This document shows, piece after piece, positions 34,837 to 45,640 of a stretch of DNA of 64,000 nucleotides. Source of the stretch: Candidatus Latescibacterota bacterium (GTDB taxonomy: Bacteria > Latescibacterota > UBA2968 > UBA8231); the NCBI GenBank assembly GCA_963422735.1, contig OY730476.1, forward strand, positions 736,001 through 800,000, read 5' to 3'. The notes under the pieces are model-generated. The model searched no databases and was not told the DNA's origin. It saw only the letters and a program-made list of their open reading frames with translations. Position 1 is the first letter of the stretch; every line of letters starts with the position of its first letter. The position numbers were made by a program, and so were the translations under genes.

Positions 34837-36134
34837 TGCACAGCCTTGAGCGCATCAAAATGAATGCGGAGGGTTTCTTCGACATCCCCTTCCCCGTGGG
34901 CAAGCGAGGGAAACATACATTCGTATTGGGAGGGGGCCAGATAGAGACCCCGCTCTAGGCAAGCCCAGAAATAGCGCTTAAAGCGCGCTAGATCGACCGT
35001 GCCGACGCTGGCAAAATCCACCACCGGGCACGAGGTAAAAAATAGGCAGAGCATGGCACCAACCCGGTTTAGCGCATAGCTCAAACCCAGTTTTTGCAGG
35101 TTGTCAACCATGCCAGCCGCCAAGTCGGCGCAGCGGCTCTCCAGCGTTTCGTACATTCCGGGTTCGGACAGCATATTCAATTGCTCCAAACCAGCGGCCA
35201 TGGCCAGCGGGTTGCCCGATAAGGTACCGGCCTGCGAGACTTTTATGCCCAGCGGCGACACGTTTTCCATAATCTCCCGCTTGCCGCCGTACGCGGCGGC
35301 CGGCAAGCCCCCCCCGACGATCTTGCCCAAGCATGTCAGGTCGGGCAGCACGCCATAGCGCTCTTGCGCCCCGCCCGGGCCAACGCGGAACCCAGTAATG
35401 ACTTCGTCGAAGATGAGGACGATTCCCTCTTCATCGGCTATTTGGCGCAGTGCGGGGAGAAACCCCTCGCGCGGGAGCACAGCCCCCATATTGCCGGCCA
35501 CCGGCTCGACGATGATGGCAGCGATCTGGCCGCTGTTTTCCCGCGCGAACGCCCGCACGGCATCCGCGTCGTTGTACGGCAGCGTCAAGGTCGAATCGAC
35601 CACGCTTTGCGGCACGCCCGGACTGGTGGGGACCCCCAAGGTCAGGGCCGAAGACCCGGCCTCGCTCAAGAAGCTGTCCCCATGCCCGTGCCAGCAACCC
35701 TCGAACTTGGCGATTTTGTCCCTTCCGGTATAGCCGCGAGCCAAGCGCACCGCGGCCATCGTGGCTTCGGTCCCCGAACTCACCATCCGCACCATTTCGA
35801 TGGACGGCACCATCTCCACGATGCGCTCGGCCAGCGCGATTTCCAGCTCGGTCGGGGCACCGAAACTGGTCCCCTTCGCGCAGGCTTCCTGCACGGCTTT
35901 TACGACGCGGGGATGAGCATGGCCGAAAATGAGCGGCCCCCAAGAGCACACGTAGTCGATGTATTCGCGGCCGTCGATATCAAACAGCCGCGAACCAGCC
36001 CCCCGGTCGATGAAGCGAGGGCCACCGCCCACCGCACCAAAGGCTCTAGCTGGGCTGTTTACTCCCCCTGGGATGACTTTCTGCGCTTGGGCGAAAGCCC
36101 TTGCGGAGCTAGGTGGCGACATGAGTCTATCCAC
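34833..36134 (-). CDS. hemL: Glutamate-1-semialdehyde 2,1-aminomutase
   Basis: IPGGVNSPARAF, SSGTEATM, FDEVITGFR, GKIVGGGLP, QAGTLSGNPLAMAAG; alternative ATG 36122. Confidence 0.96.
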   Translation of the reverse strand: MDRLMSPPSSARAFAQAQKVIPGGVNSPARAFGAVGGGPRFIDRGAGSRLFDIDGREYIDYVCSWGPLIFGHAHPRVVKAVQEACAKGTSFGAPTELEIALAERIVEMVPSIEMVRMVSSGTEATMAAVRLARGYTGRDKIAKFEGCWHGHGDSFLSEAGSSALTLGVPTSPGVPQSVVDSTLTLPYNDADAVRAFARENSGQIAAIIVEPVAGNMGAVLPREGFLPALRQIADEEGIVLIFDEVITGFRVGPGGAQERYGVLPDLTCLGKIVGGGLPAAAYGGKREIMENVSPLGIKVSQAGTLSGNPLAMAAGLEQLNMLSEPGMYETLESRCADLAAGMVDNLQKLGLSYALNRVGAMLCLFFTSCPVVDFASVGTVDLARFKRYFWACLERGLYLAPSQYECMFPSLAHGEGDVEETLRIHFDALKAVH

Positions 36135-36168
36135 TTAATACACCACACCCGAGCAGCAGACAGACGAA

Positions 36169-36228
36169 TTAGTCGTCATCGTCGCCCCGACCAGTATCAT
36201 CGTCGTCATCCAAAATAATCGTTTTCAT
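36169..36228 (-). CDS. Small Asp-rich ORF, 19 aa (MKTIILDDDDDTGRGDDDD)
   Basis: ATG 36228, TAA 36169-36171, SD-like AAGGGGAG 9 nt upstream; below ORF-track cutoff. Confidence 0.55.
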   Translation of the reverse strand: MKTIILDDDDDTGRGDDDD

Positions 36229-36309
36229 TAGATCGTCTCCCCTTACAGAAAGCGATGTAGTTAGATCCTTTTCCTTTTTTTAATATAATAATACTTTTCC
36301 TTAGAGCGT

Positions 36310-37278
36310 TCACAGTATCTGTAAAAGCCCAGCCTCTTCCTCTTCCAAACGTTCAAGAACGACCAGCCGATACGCCCGCCCGCGCTCGCGCATCTCCAAG
36401 TCGGCCAAGACTTCCAGAGGATAGTCCCCGGCTTCCAAAAGGGCGATGAAATGGGCGAAATGGGCGACTTGAACGATAGCGATCCCACCTGCTCGCAACA
36501 CCCGCGCCAATTCGGCCAGCTCAGCGGCAGGGTTTTCTCCGGCCAAGCTGAACGCGTAATCGAGACGCGCACCCACAAGAGGCAGATGATCCAGCGCGGC
36601 GATTAGGTGCGCTCGGATACCTACTAGCAGGCGCGGCGCAAACGCCTCTTGTAGCGCGGCCAACTCACCAAGATCGCGGCGCGCCCAGAGGACGCACGCC
36701 CCCGGCCGCATGGCCGACAAGCGGCCCAAGCAATACGCCACGGCCGCATTCGGTGCTGCGCCCTCCCCCAGCCGCAGACCCAACAAAGCACGTCGCCCAG
36801 TTAGCTGTAGGTGCAGCCGCAGCAGATGCGACCCTTTGCCTCGGCGCAACCCGTGCTTGTCGCGTAAAACCGCGGTCACGGCCGCGATCAGCTCGGCCGC
36901 GCTAAACCGATATCGGCCCCGCAGCGTCGCGCTCAGGGCAAAAGCACGGGTGTCAACTGCTGCGGATTGGGCCTGCGCGAGGCTTTTGACTGGCGTCAGA
37001 TCGCAGCGGGCGATGCGTTTGCAGATGTATTCAAGGCCCGGGCGACCCACCGTAACGCCGTGCATCTGGCCAATTAAACCGGCGAGTTGCACGGCCGAGC
37101 GCAGGCGCAGCAGCCGCCCCGGGCTGCGCCTGTACGCGAAGAAAATCTGGCCCACGCGCCCGCCCGGTTCGACTTCGATCTGCTGTGCTTCGGGCGCGTA
37201 CTCGCGCAACTCGTCGAGTGCGACCGCCTCCAATCCGCTCGGCACTGCGATCCAATAGCGATAGATCTTGTCGGCCAT
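36310..37278 (-). CDS. THUMP-like protein with degenerate methyltransferase-like C-terminus
   Basis: N-terminal 'AVPSGLEAVALDEL' typical of THUMP RNA methylases; C-terminal 'ELARVLRAGG'; no clear SAM motif I. Confidence 0.55.
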   Translation of the reverse strand: MADKIYRYWIAVPSGLEAVALDELREYAPEAQQIEVEPGGRVGQIFFAYRRSPGRLLRLRSAVQLAGLIGQMHGVTVGRPGLEYICKRIARCDLTPVKSLAQAQSAAVDTRAFALSATLRGRYRFSAAELIAAVTAVLRDKHGLRRGKGSHLLRLHLQLTGRRALLGLRLGEGAAPNAAVAYCLGRLSAMRPGACVLWARRDLGELAALQEAFAPRLLVGIRAHLIAALDHLPLVGARLDYAFSLAGENPAAELAELARVLRAGGIAIVQVAHFAHFIALLEAGDYPLEVLADLEMRERGRAYRLVVLERLEEEEAGLLQIL

Positions 37279-38609
37279 TACTCCGCGCGTCCCGTGGGCA
37301 CAATCTGCATCGCGCTCAGGTGCACTGGCGACAAGCAGCTCTCCAGCACTTCGAGGATATCACCGACCGCGATCTGCTCGCGTACGTCAAAATAGACGCT
37401 GGGCGCGGCCCCGCTTACTGCGGCCGAGCAGAGCAGATCGGCCACATCTTCGGCTTGCTCCCACGCGCGCAGCAGCAGGCCGTAGGCTTTGCGCTGGGCG
37501 CGGCCCAAATCCGCGGCCACAGCGCACTCGTCGAGGCCGGCCAACGCAGCACCTATTTCCTCGCACAATCGCTCGCTCTGCTGGGTATATCCGCCCACCG
37601 TGCAAAAGCAGAACGTGGGCTCGGCATAGACCTCGGCCCCAAAGGCATCGCCGTCGATCAGGCCATCTTCGTAGTGCGCGGCAAAAAAATTGCTCGCCGG
37701 CCCCAAGGCGATGTCCAAGGCCAGCTCTAAGGCCAATTCCCGCAGGAGCAAGTCGCGGCCCGACCGGCCCGCCTTGTCGTCGCCGAAAAACAGCAAGGTA
37801 TAGGGCCGGCTGACCGGCAGTGCCAAAGCCCCGAGCGGCTGCGGAGCCGGCAAAGCCACCGGCCGCTCCACGCGGTCCCATGCGGAGCGTGGCCGGTTGT
37901 ACTTTGGCAAGGTGGACTCAACGGCCGCGCAAGTGGCCTCTACGTCGAAATCCCCGCACAAGTACAACCCCATGTATTCGGGTCGGTAAAAGACCTCGTG
38001 GCAACGGGTTAGCGCGTCCGCGTCGATCTGTCCGATGCTCTCCCGCGTACCGGCCATGTCCCACGCCAAGGGCTCGTTTCGGTACAGCCCCTCAAGGCCG
38101 CGCAAAAACCCGACCCACTCCGGGTCGTCGCAGCTTATCTGTAGCTCGCGGTCGATGATTTCGCGCTCCTGAGCGACGCCAACCGGCAGGATGTGCAAGT
38201 CCAACGCCAGTTCAAAGAGCAAATCTAGGTGGGCGGCAAAATGTTCGATGCACGTCAGGGAGAAGACAGTTGAAGTAAAACTGGTGCTGGCGTTTACGTC
38301 GCCACCGAGGCGGCTGATTTGCTCGGAGATGTCGCCGTAGGGTTTTGCAAAAAGGCGATGTTCGAGAAAGTGCGCGGTTCCAGCCGGCGTGGTCTGTACC
38401 TGCCCGGAGTCACAGGCGCGCAAATGCAAATCAACCGAACCGTAGTCTATGTATAGAACGGCCGCTTTTTGCCGACTGCCTGGCCGAGGTACCGCCCATA
38501 TATCGAGGCCACCTAAGCGGCTGCGGTACACGACTTCTCCCAATAGTGCATCCGCGATCACGGTCTCACGTCCCGTGCAAGAGAAAGGCAGTGTCCGCTG
38601 CGACGCCAC
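37278..38609 (-). CDS. M16 family zinc peptidase (YmfH-like)
   Basis: GTAHFLEHRLF inverzincin motif, NASTSF, EREIIDREL, FYRPEYM; real start may be GTG 38561. Confidence 0.88.
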   Translation of the reverse strand: MASQRTLPFSCTGRETVIADALLGEVVYRSRLGGLDIWAVPRPGSRQKAAVLYIDYGSVDLHLRACDSGQVQTTPAGTAHFLEHRLFAKPYGDISEQISRLGGDVNASTSFTSTVFSLTCIEHFAAHLDLLFELALDLHILPVGVAQEREIIDRELQISCDDPEWVGFLRGLEGLYRNEPLAWDMAGTRESIGQIDADALTRCHEVFYRPEYMGLYLCGDFDVEATCAAVESTLPKYNRPRSAWDRVERPVALPAPQPLGALALPVSRPYTLLFFGDDKAGRSGRDLLLRELALELALDIALGPASNFFAAHYEDGLIDGDAFGAEVYAEPTFCFCTVGGYTQQSERLCEEIGAALAGLDECAVAADLGRAQRKAYGLLLRAWEQAEDVADLLCSAAVSGAAPSVYFDVREQIAVGDILEVLESCLSPVHLSAMQIVPTGRAE

Positions 38610-39837
38610 CAGCCACGCGGGCTAGCTCCTCGACGCCGACTTGCTCGATGCGCTGCCACAAAACTTGCGGGGACTGGCTCCCTCCGGTCAGCCCCTCCCG
38701 CAATTGATAGCGAAAAAAGCCCTCGCGGTCTTCGGCTAGCCCCAACAGCCGCGCCCTCAGCAAGTGCCGAGCTGCTTCGATTTCCCGGGGGTCAAAAACC
38801 CCTGAGCGCAGCGATTGGAGCTGTTCCTCCACCTTATTCCGGACCTCGGGGTACGCGGCGGCCTCAATGCCCGCAGCCACGAAGAGCAGTCCGCTCAATG
38901 CCTCAATATGCGATGCAATGTAGTAGCACAAGCCCTCTTCTTCCCGGAGGTGCTTAAACAGCCGCGATGGACCATCGCCGCCGAGCATCAGATTTAAGAG
39001 TACTAAGGCCGGATAGTCGTCTGTGCCGCCCGCTCCATAAGCGACTTGGGTGCGATAGCCCAGCACCATTTTTGCCTCTCGCACCGCTTGGCATTCAAAA
39101 ATCTCGCGCGGCGGCCCAGCGATGCGCGGGTGCGGTGGCTGGTGCTGAGGCTGGCTCGCGGCGCGCTCCCAAGTAAAAAGCGACTCCATCAAGGGATGAA
39201 TCTGCTCCAAGCGTAAATCGCCGCTTACGAAGAGGTCTAGGCGGTCGGCGGCCGTCCGCTCGCGGTGGAAAGCCCACAGCTCGTCGGCCTGCACGGCGGC
39301 AAAGTCCGCGGGGTTGCCCAGCGGCGACAGGCCCAGGGGTTCGCCCCGGCACATCTCTTCGCTGCATCGCCTTTGTGCATAGCTTAGTTTGTCGTTAAAG
39401 CCATCGGCGATTTGCCGCGCGAGGCGGTGCTTTTCGCGCTCTAGATATTCGCGCTGGAATCCGCTGCCATCGCGCAGGACATTGCGGAGGAAGGCCAGAC
39501 CGCGCGCTAGTATCCCTTTCTCCCCAAGGAAGTTCTCGTCGATGACCTCTAGACATAAATGAATGAACTGATGTTCGCCTAACCGATCGACTTGCACCGA
39601 GTAATGCGCCCCGTAGAGGTCGTCGATAAAGCGGTTGAGGCTCTGTACATCGGGCAGCTTGTGCGTACCACGCGCCAGCAGTCGGCTACTCAGGGCCATG
39701 AGCGAATGTTGCGGCGTACACAGCGGCGAGCTCAGACACACATCCACCCGGATCGTCTTGTACAACCCAATGCTGTGCAAGTGCAAATAAACGCCGTCCG
39801 CGAGTTGGATGCGGATGAATTCACCGGCTGTGTGCAT
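38566..39837 (-). CDS. M16 family non-catalytic peptidase subunit (YmfF-like)
   Basis: LLARGT, DDLYGA, GGDGPSRLFKHLREEEGLCYY; lacks HxxEH; tandem with active M16. Confidence 0.85.
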   Translation of the reverse strand: MHTAGEFIRIQLADGVYLHLHSIGLYKTIRVDVCLSSPLCTPQHSLMALSSRLLARGTHKLPDVQSLNRFIDDLYGAHYSVQVDRLGEHQFIHLCLEVIDENFLGEKGILARGLAFLRNVLRDGSGFQREYLEREKHRLARQIADGFNDKLSYAQRRCSEEMCRGEPLGLSPLGNPADFAAVQADELWAFHRERTAADRLDLFVSGDLRLEQIHPLMESLFTWERAASQPQHQPPHPRIAGPPREIFECQAVREAKMVLGYRTQVAYGAGGTDDYPALVLLNLMLGGDGPSRLFKHLREEEGLCYYIASHIEALSGLLFVAAGIEAAAYPEVRNKVEEQLQSLRSGVFDPREIEAARHLLRARLLGLAEDREGFFRYQLREGLTGGSQSPQVLWQRIEQVGVEELARVAGGVAADTAFLLHGT

Positions 39838-39877
39838 TGGCGCGTAGTATCCTTCTTAGTTTAGTTTGGCACACCGT

Positions 39878-40615
39878 ATGGATCCTCTCGACAACATCCG
39901 CGTCGTGCTCGTCGAGCCGGCGACGCCCGGCAATATCGGCGCTACGGCCCGGGTGCTCAAAACCACGGGCATAAGCCAGTTGGCCTTGGTCAATCCCGGG
40001 GCGTGGGATACGCCGGAAGCGCGCGCCTTTGCCCACGGCGCGGGCGATATTCTCGACGGCAGCCAAGTTTTTCCCAGCCTCGCCGCGGCCGTAGCCGACT
40101 GTCACATCGTCGTCGGCACGACTCATCGGCAGGGCCGCTTCCGCGCGGTTACTTCCGCGCCGGGGCCCCTGATTGCCCAATTAGCCTCCCAAGTACATCG
40201 CCACCGAATTGCCCTAGTGTTCGGACGCGAAAGAGATGGCTTGTGGCATGGGGAACTCGCGCTGTGCCACCAAGTACTGAGGTTCCCCACGGCCGTAGCC
40301 TATCCCTCCCTCAACCTCTCCCACGCCGTGCTCTTGTTCACCTATGGCCTATATGCGGCCGTGGGCGAAAAGCCACCGGACCCGCCCGTGCAACTGGCTA
40401 CGGCCGGCGAGCGCGAGCGCATGTTCGCTCAAATCCTGCAAGCTCTTGCCGAGATCGAGTTTACCCCGTACAACAACAAGCCGGATCACTTCGGCCGAGT
40501 GCTGCGCCGCTTCTTCAACAAGGTCGATTTGGAAGTTCGCGATGTGCGGGCGATTCAGACGATATGCAGCCAAATCCGCAAGTTCAGTCGCCGCTATCGC
40601 CGCAGTGCCGGGTAG
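39878..40615 (+). CDS. trmJ: TrmJ/LasT-family SPOUT RNA methyltransferase
   Basis: [37 protein letters not shown]. Confidence 0.85.
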   Translation: MDPLDNIRVVLVEPATPGNIGATARVLKTTGISQLALVNPGAWDTPEARAFAHGAGDILDGSQVFPSLAAAVADCHIVVGTTHRQGRFRAVTSAPGPLIAQLASQVHRHRIALVFGRERDGLWHGELALCHQVLRFPTAVAYPSLNLSHAVLLFTYGLYAAVGEKPPDPPVQLATAGERERMFAQILQALAEIEFTPYNNKPDHFGRVLRRFFNKVDLEVRDVRAIQTICSQIRKFSRRYRRSAG

Positions 40616-41604
40616 TCCGGCCTCAGTACTGGGGCCGACTGATGGGCCACCTGCTCTAAGTCCCAGTCAACCATCTGCTGCACCATTTCCTCAAAGCCGA
40701 CTTCGGGTGCCCAACCGAGTTTTTCCCGTGCCTTAGTCGCATCGCCCAACAGGGTATACACCTCTGCGGGGCGCAAAAAGCGCTCATCTACGACCACGTA
40801 TTGCCGCCAGTCCAAGCCGGCGTGGGCAAAGGCGACCTCGCAAAATTCGCCAATAGTGCGCGAGGTACCCGTGGCGATGACGTAGTCCTCAGGCTCGTCC
40901 TGCTGGAGCATCATCCACATCGCACGGACATAGTCGCCTGCATAGCCCCAATCGCGCCGGGGATCGAGGTTGCCGAGGGGCAGCTTCTCGTCCAACCCGC
41001 ACTTGATGCGAGCCACGCCATGCGTGATTTTGCGGGTGACGAACTCGCGCCCGCGGCGCGGCGACTCGTGATTGAAGAAAATGCCCGCGCAGGCAAACAG
41101 GCCGTAACTCTCTCGGTAGTTGATGGTGATCCAATGCGCGTAGAGCTTGGACACCCCATAGGGAGAGCGTGGATAGAAGGCCGTTTGCTCGTTCTGCGGC
41201 GTCTCTTGCGCCTTGCCGAATAGCTCGCTGGTGCTGGCCTGGTAAAAGCGAATGTTCTCGTCGCAAGCGCGGATAGCTTCCAAAAGCCGCGTCACGCCCA
41301 AGCCGGTGATCTCGCTGGTCAACATAGGCTGCTCCCAAGAGGCCGGCACAAAGGACTGGGCACCCAGATTGTACACTTCCTGCGGCCGCGCGGCCTGCAG
41401 CGCCGAAATCAGCGACTTTTGGTCCAACAGATCGCCGGAGATCAGCTCGATTTTGTCCTGCAAATGGCCGATCCGCTCAAAATTGACCGTGCTACTGCGG
41501 CGAATCAGCCCAAAGACCTCGTAGCCCTTTTCCAGCAGCAATTCGGCCAAGTACGAACCGTCTTGGCCGGTAATGCCGGTGATTACAGCGCGCTTCTGGC
41601 TCAT
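40594..41604 (-). CDS. gmd: GDP-mannose 4,6-dehydratase
   Basis: [48 protein letters not shown]. Confidence 0.96.
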   Translation of the reverse strand: MSQKRAVITGITGQDGSYLAELLLEKGYEVFGLIRRSSTVNFERIGHLQDKIELISGDLLDQKSLISALQAARPQEVYNLGAQSFVPASWEQPMLTSEITGLGVTRLLEAIRACDENIRFYQASTSELFGKAQETPQNEQTAFYPRSPYGVSKLYAHWITINYRESYGLFACAGIFFNHESPRRGREFVTRKITHGVARIKCGLDEKLPLGNLDPRRDWGYAGDYVRAMWMMLQQDEPEDYVIATGTSRTIGEFCEVAFAHAGLDWRQYVVVDERFLRPAEVYTLLGDATKAREKLGWAPEVGFEEMVQQMVDWDLEQVAHQSAPVLRPDYPALRR

Positions 41605-41605
41605 T

Positions 41606-44518
41606 TCACTCCTCTTGTGAGTACGCTTCTACAGGCGGACAGGAACAGATCAGGTTGCGATCACCCTGCGCGTCGTTTAGTCGCCCTACGGTCGGCCAGA
41701 ATTTGCGCTCCAGCAACCAAGGGGCTGGCAAGGCGGCAACGGCTCTAGAATAGGGCCGATCCCACTCGGCGGCCAGCACGACGTCCAAGGGGTGCGGCGC
41801 GTGGACGAGCGGATTGTTGGCTCGGTCCATTTCCCCGGCGGCTACCTGCCGGATTTCGCCGCCAATGGCGATCATGGCCGCGCAGAACCGGTCCAATTCG
41901 GCCTTGGACTCGCTCTCGGTGGGTTCGACCATCAGGGTCCCGGCAACTGGGAAGGATACCGTAGGAGCGTGGAACCCGTAGTCCATCAACCGCTTGGCCA
42001 CGTCTTCTACGCCAATGCCGTACTCCCGCGCCCAGCGCAGGTCGAGGATGCATTCGTGGGCCACGCGCCCGTTGCGCCCTTTGTACAGCACGGGGAAGGA
42101 ATCCGCGAGGCGGTTGCTCAGGTAATTGGCGTTGAGGATCGCCACCTGCGTCGCCTCGGCGAGGCCCGCGCCGCCCATCAGGCGCAAATACGCCCAAGAT
42201 ATGAGCAGAATCGAGGCACTGCCCCACGGAGCGGCCGCAATGGGGCCGATCGATTCACCGCCTGAAGGCGGCGGGTGGGACGTTTCACCGCCTGAAGGCG
42301 GCGGGTGGGGCGTTCCGGCCCCGCCGGTGTGGACGAGAGGGTGCGAGGGCAAAAACTCCACCAAGTGCTCGGCCACGGCAATGGGCCCCATCCCCGGGCC
42401 GCCCCCGCCGTGGGGGATGCAAAAGGTCTTGTGCAAATTCAAATGGCACACGTCAATGCCGATTTCCCCGGGCCGGCACAATCCCACCAAGGCATTCATA
42501 TTGGCACCGTCCATATAGACTTGACCGCCTGCTTGGTGAACGACCGCGCAGATTTCGCCGATGGCCTCTTCAAACACCCCATGGGTCGATGGATACGTCA
42601 CCATCAGGGCCGCTAGCCGATCGCGGTGTGCAGCAGACTTCGCTCGCAGATCCGCCAAGTCGATATTGCCCTCGGCGTCACAGGCGACGACGACCACGTC
42701 GAACCCAGCCATCGCCGCGCTAGCCGGGTTCGTCCCATGGGCCGAGGCCGGAATGAGGCAGACGTTCCGCTGGACCTCCCCGCACGTTTGGTGGTATTTG
42801 CGCACGATGAGTAGGCCGGCGTATTCGCCCTGCGAACCCGCGTTGGGTTGCAGTGAAATGCCCTTGAGGCCGGTGATTTCGCGCAGCATGTCCTCCATTT
42901 CGGCGAAAATCGCCGCGTAACCCCGGGCTTGCTCTACGGGCGCAAACGGATGCAGCGCAGCAAATTCAGGCCAAGTAACTGCCATCATTTCCGCGGTCGC
43001 ATTGAGCTTCATGGTACACGAGCCGAGGGGAATCATCGCGTGGACCAAAGACATGTCTTTGGCTTCGAGCCGGCGCATGTAGCGCATCATTTCGGTCTCG
43101 GAATGATGCAACGCAAACACTGGATGCTCCATGAAGCGCGAGTGGCGGCCGTGGACAGACTCCCAAGCAGGCTCTGCACCAACTTGGGCAGGCAGCTTGC
43201 TGCCTAGCAAGGCGAGGATAGCCTGCAAATCGGCCTTGTGCGTCGTTTCGTCGAGGGCAATGCCCCAGTGCCCGTCCCCCAAATCGCGGAAGTTCGTCCC
43301 CTCGGTCCGCGCCTGTGTCAACAGCGCGTCTCCCTGCGCCCCCACCTCAACTCGTAGCGCGTCGAAGTACTGATCGTGGACGACTCGGTAGCCGGCTTCC
43401 TCCAGCCCGCGGGCAAGCGCCCGCGCTTGGCGGTGTATGCGGCGGGCTATGCGCAGCAACCCTTCCGGCCCGTGATAGACCGCGTACATGCTCGCCACCA
43501 CGGCCGGCAAGACCTCGGCCGTGCAGATGTTGCTCGTAGCTCGTTCTCGTTTGATGTGCTGTTCGCGGGTTTGCAGGGCCATGCGCAGGGCGGGCCGGCC
43601 GCGGACGTCCTCTGAGACGCCAATGATGCGCCCGGGCACCTGCCGCCGGAACTCGGATCGCGTCGCCAAAAAGGCTGCGTGCGGGCCACCGTATCCCATC
43701 GGCATGCCAAAGCGCTGTGCGCTCCCGATGGCCGCATCGGCCCCAAATTCCCCGGGGGGCCGCAGCAAACACAGGGCGAGCAAATCGACCGCCACACACA
43801 CCAGCGTCTGATGGGCGTGAGCCTGAGCGCAGAACTCGGTGTAGTCGTATAGAGCACCGTCTGAGGCTGGATACTGGAGCAGGGCTGCGAAGGCCCCGGC
43901 CGCAAAATCCCATTCTCGATGATCACCTACTACAACCTCCCATCCCCGCGACTCGGCCCGGACCTTGACCACTGCTACGGTTTGCGGGTGGCAGGCCGAC
44001 GAGACAAAGACGCGCTGGCTCGCGTTCTTCTTTTGCACTGCCCGCAGCATGGCAATGGCTTCGGCTGCGGCCGTGGCTTCGTCCAACAAGGAGGCATTGG
44101 CCAAGGCAAAACCCGTCAGATCGCCGACCATGGTCTGGAAGTTGAGCAGGGCCTCTAGCCGCCCTTGGGCGATTTCGGACTGGTAGGGCGTGTACTGGGT
44201 GTACCAACCTGGGTTCTCCAAGATGTTGCGCTGGATCGCCGGAGGGGTTATGCAGTCTGAGTAACCCATGCCGATAAAACTGCGGTATATGCGATTCTGG
44301 CCGGCCAATTCGCGCAACCTTCCCATCAGCTCGTACTCGCTGATGCCTTCTCCCAGCGCCAAGGGGCCTTGCATCCGAATCGCCGCCGGCAGGGCCTCAG
44401 CCATGAGGTCGTCCAAGCTGTCGGCTCCCACGGCTGCGAGCATGGCGGCTACGTCTGCGTCCGTAGGGCCGATGTGCCGGCGGACAAAAGCATCGCTAGG
44501 TCCAAATTCGTCGCCCAT
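41606..44518 (-). CDS. gcvP: Glycine dehydrogenase (decarboxylating), single-chain
   Basis: [59 protein letters not shown]. Confidence 0.97.
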   Translation of the reverse strand: MGDEFGPSDAFVRRHIGPTDADVAAMLAAVGADSLDDLMAEALPAAIRMQGPLALGEGISEYELMGRLRELAGQNRIYRSFIGMGYSDCITPPAIQRNILENPGWYTQYTPYQSEIAQGRLEALLNFQTMVGDLTGFALANASLLDEATAAAEAIAMLRAVQKKNASQRVFVSSACHPQTVAVVKVRAESRGWEVVVGDHREWDFAAGAFAALLQYPASDGALYDYTEFCAQAHAHQTLVCVAVDLLALCLLRPPGEFGADAAIGSAQRFGMPMGYGGPHAAFLATRSEFRRQVPGRIIGVSEDVRGRPALRMALQTREQHIKRERATSNICTAEVLPAVVASMYAVYHGPEGLLRIARRIHRQARALARGLEEAGYRVVHDQYFDALRVEVGAQGDALLTQARTEGTNFRDLGDGHWGIALDETTHKADLQAILALLGSKLPAQVGAEPAWESVHGRHSRFMEHPVFALHHSETEMMRYMRRLEAKDMSLVHAMIPLGSCTMKLNATAEMMAVTWPEFAALHPFAPVEQARGYAAIFAEMEDMLREITGLKGISLQPNAGSQGEYAGLLIVRKYHQTCGEVQRNVCLIPASAHGTNPASAAMAGFDVVVVACDAEGNIDLADLRAKSAAHRDRLAALMVTYPSTHGVFEEAIGEICAVVHQAGGQVYMDGANMNALVGLCRPGEIGIDVCHLNLHKTFCIPHGGGGPGMGPIAVAEHLVEFLPSHPLVHTGGAGTPHPPPSGGETSHPPPSGGESIGPIAAAPWGSASILLISWAYLRLMGGAGLAEATQVAILNANYLSNRLADSFPVLYKGRNGRVAHECILDLRWAREYGIGVEDVAKRLMDYGFHAPTVSFPVAGTLMVEPTESESKAELDRFCAAMIAIGGEIRQVAAGEMDRANNPLVHAPHPLDVVLAAEWDRPYSRAVAALPAPWLLERKFWPTVGRLNDAQGDRNLICSCPPVEAYSQEE
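42251..42314. repeat. In-frame 30-bp tandem repeat with palindromic core inside gcvP
   Basis: CG[A/T]TTCACCGCCTGAAGGCGGCGGGTGGG[A/G] x2; core CCGCC-TGAA-GGCGG; encodes HPPPSGGE twice. Confidence 0.9.
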
Positions 44519-44530
44519 GTGCCCTCCGCG

Positions 44531-45640
44531 TCAGTCCTTTTTAATGCCCGAAGGCACAAAGGGCAGCTTGACCACCAAGGCGGGTTGTCGCTTGCCCTTC
44601 ATGTCGATGTACACCTCGGTGCCTATCTTTTGCACACCGCTCTGCAAGTAGGCCAGCCCGATCCCCTCTCCGAGTACCGGCGAGTGCGTCCCACTGGTCA
44701 CGGTACCCACCTGCTCACCATGCTGGTCGAAAACTGGATAATCCGGTCGGGGAATGCCCCTTTTCAGCATGCGGAAGCCGCGCAGGCGACGATAGCCTCC
44801 GGCTGTGCGTTGCGCCCGCAACGCCTCGGCTCCGACAAAAATCGCCTCTTTTTTTAAGTCCAAGGTCCAAGTCAAACCCGCTTCTAAGGGGGTCGTCTGC
44901 TCGTTCAATTCGCGGCCATAGAGGCAAAACCCCATCTCGATGCGCAAGGTGTCGCGCGCACCTAGCCCACAAGGCCGGGCACCGGCCGCACGGAGTTTCG
45001 CCCACAGCGCGGCAACTTGATCGGCCGGGCACATGATCTCAAAGCCGTCTTCTCCGGTGTAGCCATTGCGGCTGAGCAAGGCTCGTATCCCGGCGATCTC
45101 CATCACCTTGCAGCGATAGTACCCTAGCGCCACGCTAGCCGGTCCAGCGAGTGCTTCGACTAGGGCGGCAGCCTGCGGCCCCTGCACCGCTACCATGCCC
45201 TGTTCATCGCTCAAGTCCTCAATTTGCACATCCGACCAATCTGCTACGAGCGCGGTAATCCACTGCCAATCAGCGGCTTTCCGGCTCGCGTTGACCACCA
45301 AGAGGTACTGCTGCTGTGCGAGCCGGTACACCACTAGATCGTCCACGCATCCGCCCTGTTCATTACACAGCGGCGCGTAGAGCATCTGACCGATAGTCAA
45401 TTTGCGGACCCGCGCCGGCAAGAGGCTGTCGAGGAAGGCCAATCCGCGCTCCCCGGAAATGGCGATTCGGCCCATGTGCGATATGTCGAACAGCCCGGTC
45501 GATCGGCGCACTGCCCAGTGTTCGCTGCGGATGCCCTCGAACTGGACCGGCATTTCCCACCCGCCAAAGGGCACCATGCGCCCGCCTTCGGCGACGGCAA
45601 CCTCATAGAGGGGCGTCCGCTGTAAACGCTCATTTGTCAT
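44531..45640 (-). CDS. gcvT: Glycine cleavage system aminomethyltransferase T
   Basis: RTPLY, FGGWEMPVQF, FDISHMG, GYTGEDGFEI, GLGARDTLRIEMG; ATG 45640. Confidence 0.96.
   Translation of the reverse strand: MTNERLQRTPLYEVAVAEGGRMVPFGGWEMPVQFEGIRSEHWAVRRSTGLFDISHMGRIAISGERGLAFLDSLLPARVRKLTIGQMLYAPLCNEQGGCVDDLVVYRLAQQQYLLVVNASRKAADWQWITALVADWSDVQIEDLSDEQGMVAVQGPQAAALVEALAGPASVALGYYRCKVMEIAGIRALLSRNGYTGEDGFEIMCPADQVAALWAKLRAAGARPCGLGARDTLRIEMGFCLYGRELNEQTTPLEAGLTWTLDLKKEAIFVGAEALRAQRTAGGYRRLRGFRMLKRGIPRPDYPVFDQHGEQVGTVTSGTHSPVLGEGIGLAYLQSGVQKIGTEVYIDMKGKRQPALVVKLPFVPSGIKKD

Noticed and set aside
40612-40650. GTAG-led imperfect hairpin at the trmJ/gmd convergence, possibly a REP
   Set aside because: Single copy in the window and inside the gmd 3' end; more simply a terminator-like or chance hairpin.
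41606-45640. gcvH missing from gcvT-gcvP, and gmd without fcl
   Set aside because: Scattered gcv and sugar-nucleotide genes are common; absence cannot be judged from one window.
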